41,301 nt of DNA from Bacillales bacterium UBA660 (GTDB taxonomy: Bacteria > Bacillota_I > Bacilli_A > RF39 > UBA660): NCBI GenBank assembly GCA_002299475.1, contig DBNY01000020.1, positions 1-41,301 on the forward strand, given 5' to 3'. This document shows, in pieces, positions 39,169 through 41,301 of this stretch. The stretch's first letter is position 1. Each line of letters opens with the position of its first letter. A program made the position numbers and the translations under genes. The notes under the pieces are model-generated. The model did no database searches, was not told the DNA's origin, and saw only the letters and a list, made by a program, of their open reading frames with translations.

Positions 39169-39788
39169 AATATGCTTCCTTCCTTTAAACTTAATTTTTT
39201 GCTATATTTTTTGCCAGGGACAACATGATGTTCTCTACATCTAGCCTCATAATGCTCTTTAGCCCCTACTAAAATAATAGGATCATCATATGAGGCAGGT
39301 TTATCAAAAACAATTCTTTGAGTGTAGGCGGCGTCTTTTCCACATTCATTGCAGACAGCCGTTAGTTTAAAAACATTTTCAGCCATACATAACAATTCAG
39401 GCATAGGGCCAAACGGCTCACCTCTAAAATTCATATCAAGTCCAGACGCAATTACATTATAACCTTTTCCTATTAAAAAACTTACCACATCAATTATTAC
39501 ATTATTTAAAAATTGAATTTCATCAATAGCAATATATTCTATTTCCTTGCTACTTTCTAGAAAAGTTAAAATATCAATAGGGTCCTTAATCAATACGCAT
39601 TCTATCATGCTTCCGCTATGCGAACAAATTTTATTTTTATCGTATCTACTATCAATTTGTGGTTTGAATACAATAATCTTCTTATTGCCTATTTTAAGTC
39701 TAGTTGCTAGTCTTATTAATTCTTCTGTTTTGCCCGAAAACATTGGGCCTGCTATTATAGTTAATTTTCCTTTAATTTCTTGTTTCAT
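39165..39788 (-). CDS. tdk: Thymidine kinase
   Basis: GPMFSGKTEELIR P-loop and a zinc lasso (CNECGKDAAYTQR...ARCREHH). Confidence 0.94.
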   Translation of the reverse strand: MKQEIKGKLTIIAGPMFSGKTEELIRLATRLKIGNKKIIVFKPQIDSRYDKNKICSHSGSMIECVLIKDPIDILTFLESSKEIEYIAIDEIQFLNNVIIDVVSFLIGKGYNVIASGLDMNFRGEPFGPMPELLCMAENVFKLTAVCNECGKDAAYTQRIVFDKPASYDDPIILVGAKEHYEARCREHHVVPGKKYSKKLSLKEGSIL

Positions 39789-39953
39789 ATTATTACGTAT
39801 AATCTAATTATGGTTTCCTTAACCATAAAGTAGATCCCTTTCTATTTATATTTTACTAAATTACATAGCAAAAATTCATGTAGCACTTATATTTAAAATT
39901 ATTATACCATAACCTTAATTTATAAAATAAAAAATAAAGAAGAATTCTCTACT

Positions 39954-40160
39954 TTATTTTTTATTTAAACCATACTTTTGATTAAACTTTTCTATACGTC
40001 CTGTTTTAGATGTTCTTCCTTGTTTTCCAGTATAAAAAGGATGACATTGGGAACATACTTCTACATTAATGTTCTCGTTAGTTGATTCTGTATCAAAAGT
40101 TGAACCACATGTACATGTTACTTTAGATTGCTTATAATTTGGATGTATATTCTTTTTCAC
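39954..40160 (-). CDS. rpmE: 50S ribosomal protein L31 (zinc-binding type A)
   Basis: [10 protein letters not shown]...CTCG...[12 protein letters not shown], 68 aa. Confidence 0.95.
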   Translation of the reverse strand: MKKNIHPNYKQSKVTCTCGSTFDTESTNENINVEVCSQCHPFYTGKQGRTSKTGRIEKFNQKYGLNKK

Positions 40161-40212
40161 TTAATATTCTCCTTTCGCCATGATTTAACATCATAGTAAT
40201 AATTGCTAATAT

Positions 40213-40241
40213 ATTATAGCAATATTAATATTATATATCAA
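40213..40241 (-). promoter_or_regulatory. Sigma-A promoter for rpmE
   Basis: The minus strand has TTGATA (40241-40236), a 17-nt spacer and TATAAT (40218-40213), ~53 nt upstream of the rpmE start. Confidence 0.6.
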
Positions 40242-40315
40242 TAGTTAATTTGCATAAGGTGTTTGGTTTTTCTCATAGAAGAGGTAAAGGGGATAAATAC
40301 AAATTCACTACAGGT

Positions 40316-41301
40316 CTAAAATCCCGAACTCACCACAAGCACTGGACGAAACCCAGTGCGTCCCTCCGCGCTACCCCAAATGGAGTGAAAAAAGAACGGG
40401 CCGGCACCAGAGCCGCCAGCGTACCAGTTTCCGCGAATAAACCACGGTGCGCCAGTTTGTGGCATCAATGTCGAATCGCTAAACCAGCCGAATGCACCCA
40501 TAGTAGCAGCGCTACTTGTTTCCCATACAGCATCGCCTTTTATATTTTCTGTCAGATTGTAATTGTTAGTTTCATTATCTGGCGTACCCATAGTATATAT
40601 GTCTCTATATCGTGGATCAGCATTTATTATTTGCGGGCCATTAGCCATTAAATTAGCATGTCCGTTGTTTACGTACGCAGATGCGAATTCCCAAGTACCA
40701 CCGCTCATATCATACACGCCAGTTATATTGCCATTTGTTGATGCTTGTACTCCGTTTGTTGTATGGTATTGTTCACATGCCAGGGTCGACGTTGCTGATG
40801 CGCTTGTTCCTGCACACCCTGTTGTAGGGAAGATATTTGGATTTACCCATACCTCAACTGTATCTTTTCCTCTATTTGATTTTGATAAGTATGCTACTGC
40901 TCCCCATTCACTATTTTTCATTAAATGAGTATCTATACCAGCTCCCGTTGTTCCCCAGCCATATACGGCATTTGTTTCCATATTACGTGAAACTTGAAAT
41001 GCATTTCCTATATTTATACATCTCCATGGTGTGACATTTGGTACTATTCTTACTGTTTTGGTTGTAACATTGTCTCCGGCTGTTGGGCATGACCAATCAG
41101 GAACATATTCATTAGCTAATCCTTCGGCCGCAGTAGCTTCAAACTTTGCTACCCATATACCTGATACTTTTTGGTTGCCAAAGTTAAATCCAGGATGTTC
41201 AATAAAATTTGTTTGACTACTTCCACTATATGTTGCTGTACTTACTACCGTTGAACCATCTGCTGCTATTTTACTTAATCCTCTTAAAAACCTTATATTT
41301 A
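40316..41301 (-). CDS. FGE-sulfatase (SUMF1)/C-type-lectin-fold domain protein; N-terminus beyond the right edge
   Basis: The track ORF (40316-40981) stays open in the same frame to 41301. My translation of the extension is NIRFLRGLSKIAADGSTVVSTATYSGSSQTNFIEHPGFNFGNQKVSGIWVAKFEAT...VPNVTPWRCINIGNAFQVSRNMETNAVYGW. FGE-fold landmarks are HLMKNSEWGAVAYL, GVYDMSGGTWEF (compare GLYDMxGNVWEW) and the terminal RGNW...GFRPVLVV. Family assignment is from motif memory only. Confidence 0.6.
   Translation of the reverse strand, partial: NIRFLRGLSKIAADGSTVVSTATYSGSSQTNFIEHPGFNFGNQKVSGIWVAKFEATAAEGLANEYVPDWSCPTAGDNVTTKTVRIVPNVTPWRCINIGNAFQVSRNMETNAVYGWGTTGAGIDTHLMKNSEWGAVAYLSKSNRGKDTVEVWVNPNIFPTTGCAGTSASATSTLACEQYHTTNGVQASTNGNITGVYDMSGGTWEFASAYVNNGHANLMANGPQIINADPRYRDIYTMGTPDNETNNYNLTENIKGDAVWETSSAATMGAFGWFSDSTLMPQTGAPWFIRGNWYAGGSGAGPFFFHSIWGSAEGRTGFRPVLVVSSGF
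40319..40540 (-). other. GC-rich, adenine-depleted 3' coding segment (candidate hypervariable / DGR VR-like region)
   Basis: Hand counts give 40321-40500 = 103/180 G+C. There are only 14 coding-strand A in 40321-40440. See findings. Confidence 0.4.
40339..40359 (-). repeat. 7-bp perfect inverted repeat inside the last 15 codons
   Basis: The plus strand reads GCACTGG-ACGAAAC-CCAGTGC. An alternative overlapping stem is GGACG/CGTCC. Confidence 0.7.

Noticed and set aside
39808-39828. The hairpin TTATGGTT-TCCTT-AACCATAA between rpmE and tdk as an rpmE terminator.
   Set aside because: The stem is perfect, but no T-run follows it on the minus strand, and it sits 20 nt upstream of the tdk start. 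Its function is unclear, so I did not call it as a feature.
40250-41216. Plus-strand ORFs 40250-40651 (133 aa), 40563-40928 (121 aa), 40837-41034 and 41031-41216.
   Set aside because: They are antisense shadows of the G+C-rich FGE-like gene. Their products are low-complexity (Arg/Ser/His-rich), they lack an SD, and the minus-strand frame carries recognisable domain motifs.
1-41301. A DGR template repeat, reverse transcriptase or Avd within the window, and any CRISPR array, tRNA or rRNA.
   Set aside because: No second G+C-rich or VR-like copy, no RT-like ORF and no structured-RNA-like G+C islands are visible. An exhaustive repeat search needs computation that I cannot run.

Overview
This 41.3-kb chromosomal window comes from a very AT-rich, spore-forming Bacillota genome. 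Hand-sampled G+C is about 27%, and RF2 is present, so TGA is a stop. A Clostridia- or Erysipelotrichia-like lineage is inference only. I call about 46 protein genes, and all but four (clpP, a lipoprotein, agrB, agrD) are on the minus strand. Most are housekeeping genes in a Bacillus-like order. In plus coordinates: capA-like, rnr, secG, tpiA, a GT4 glycosyltransferase, pgk, gap, a TGS/uridine-kinase fusion, clpP, whiA, yvcK, trxB, lgt, uvrA, uvrB, an M23 hydrolase, ftsX, ftsE, prfB (programmed +1 frameshift), secA, hpf and csp. These are followed by tagO, mreB, spoIIID, a spoIIQ-like gene, spoIID, rpiB, tdk and rpmE. I saw no rRNA, tRNA or CRISPR array by eye.

Four regions depart from the backbone:
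1. 40316-41301: a partial FGE-sulfatase/C-type-lectin-fold gene that is a compositional outlier. Its last ~180-220 bp are ~57% G+C and strongly adenine-depleted on the coding strand. This looks like a diversity-generating-retroelement (DGR) variable region, but no template repeat or reverse transcriptase is in the window.
2. 29.4-34.4 kb: an agr-type quorum-sensing locus split into convergent agrBD and agrCA-like units. It contains an unlisted 40-aa AgrD with no cysteine in its core.
3. 30598-32293: a 1,696-bp IS1182-like element inserted exactly in the shared agr terminator hairpin, with a 19-bp target duplication.
4. 17.6-19.9 kb: a 2.3-kb islet splitting uvrB from uvrA. It carries a radical-SAM/SPASM enzyme, a lipoprotein, an orphan ORF and decayed sequence.

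All coordinates, motifs and base counts were read by hand. No database search was possible, so family assignments rest on recognised motifs and gene context.
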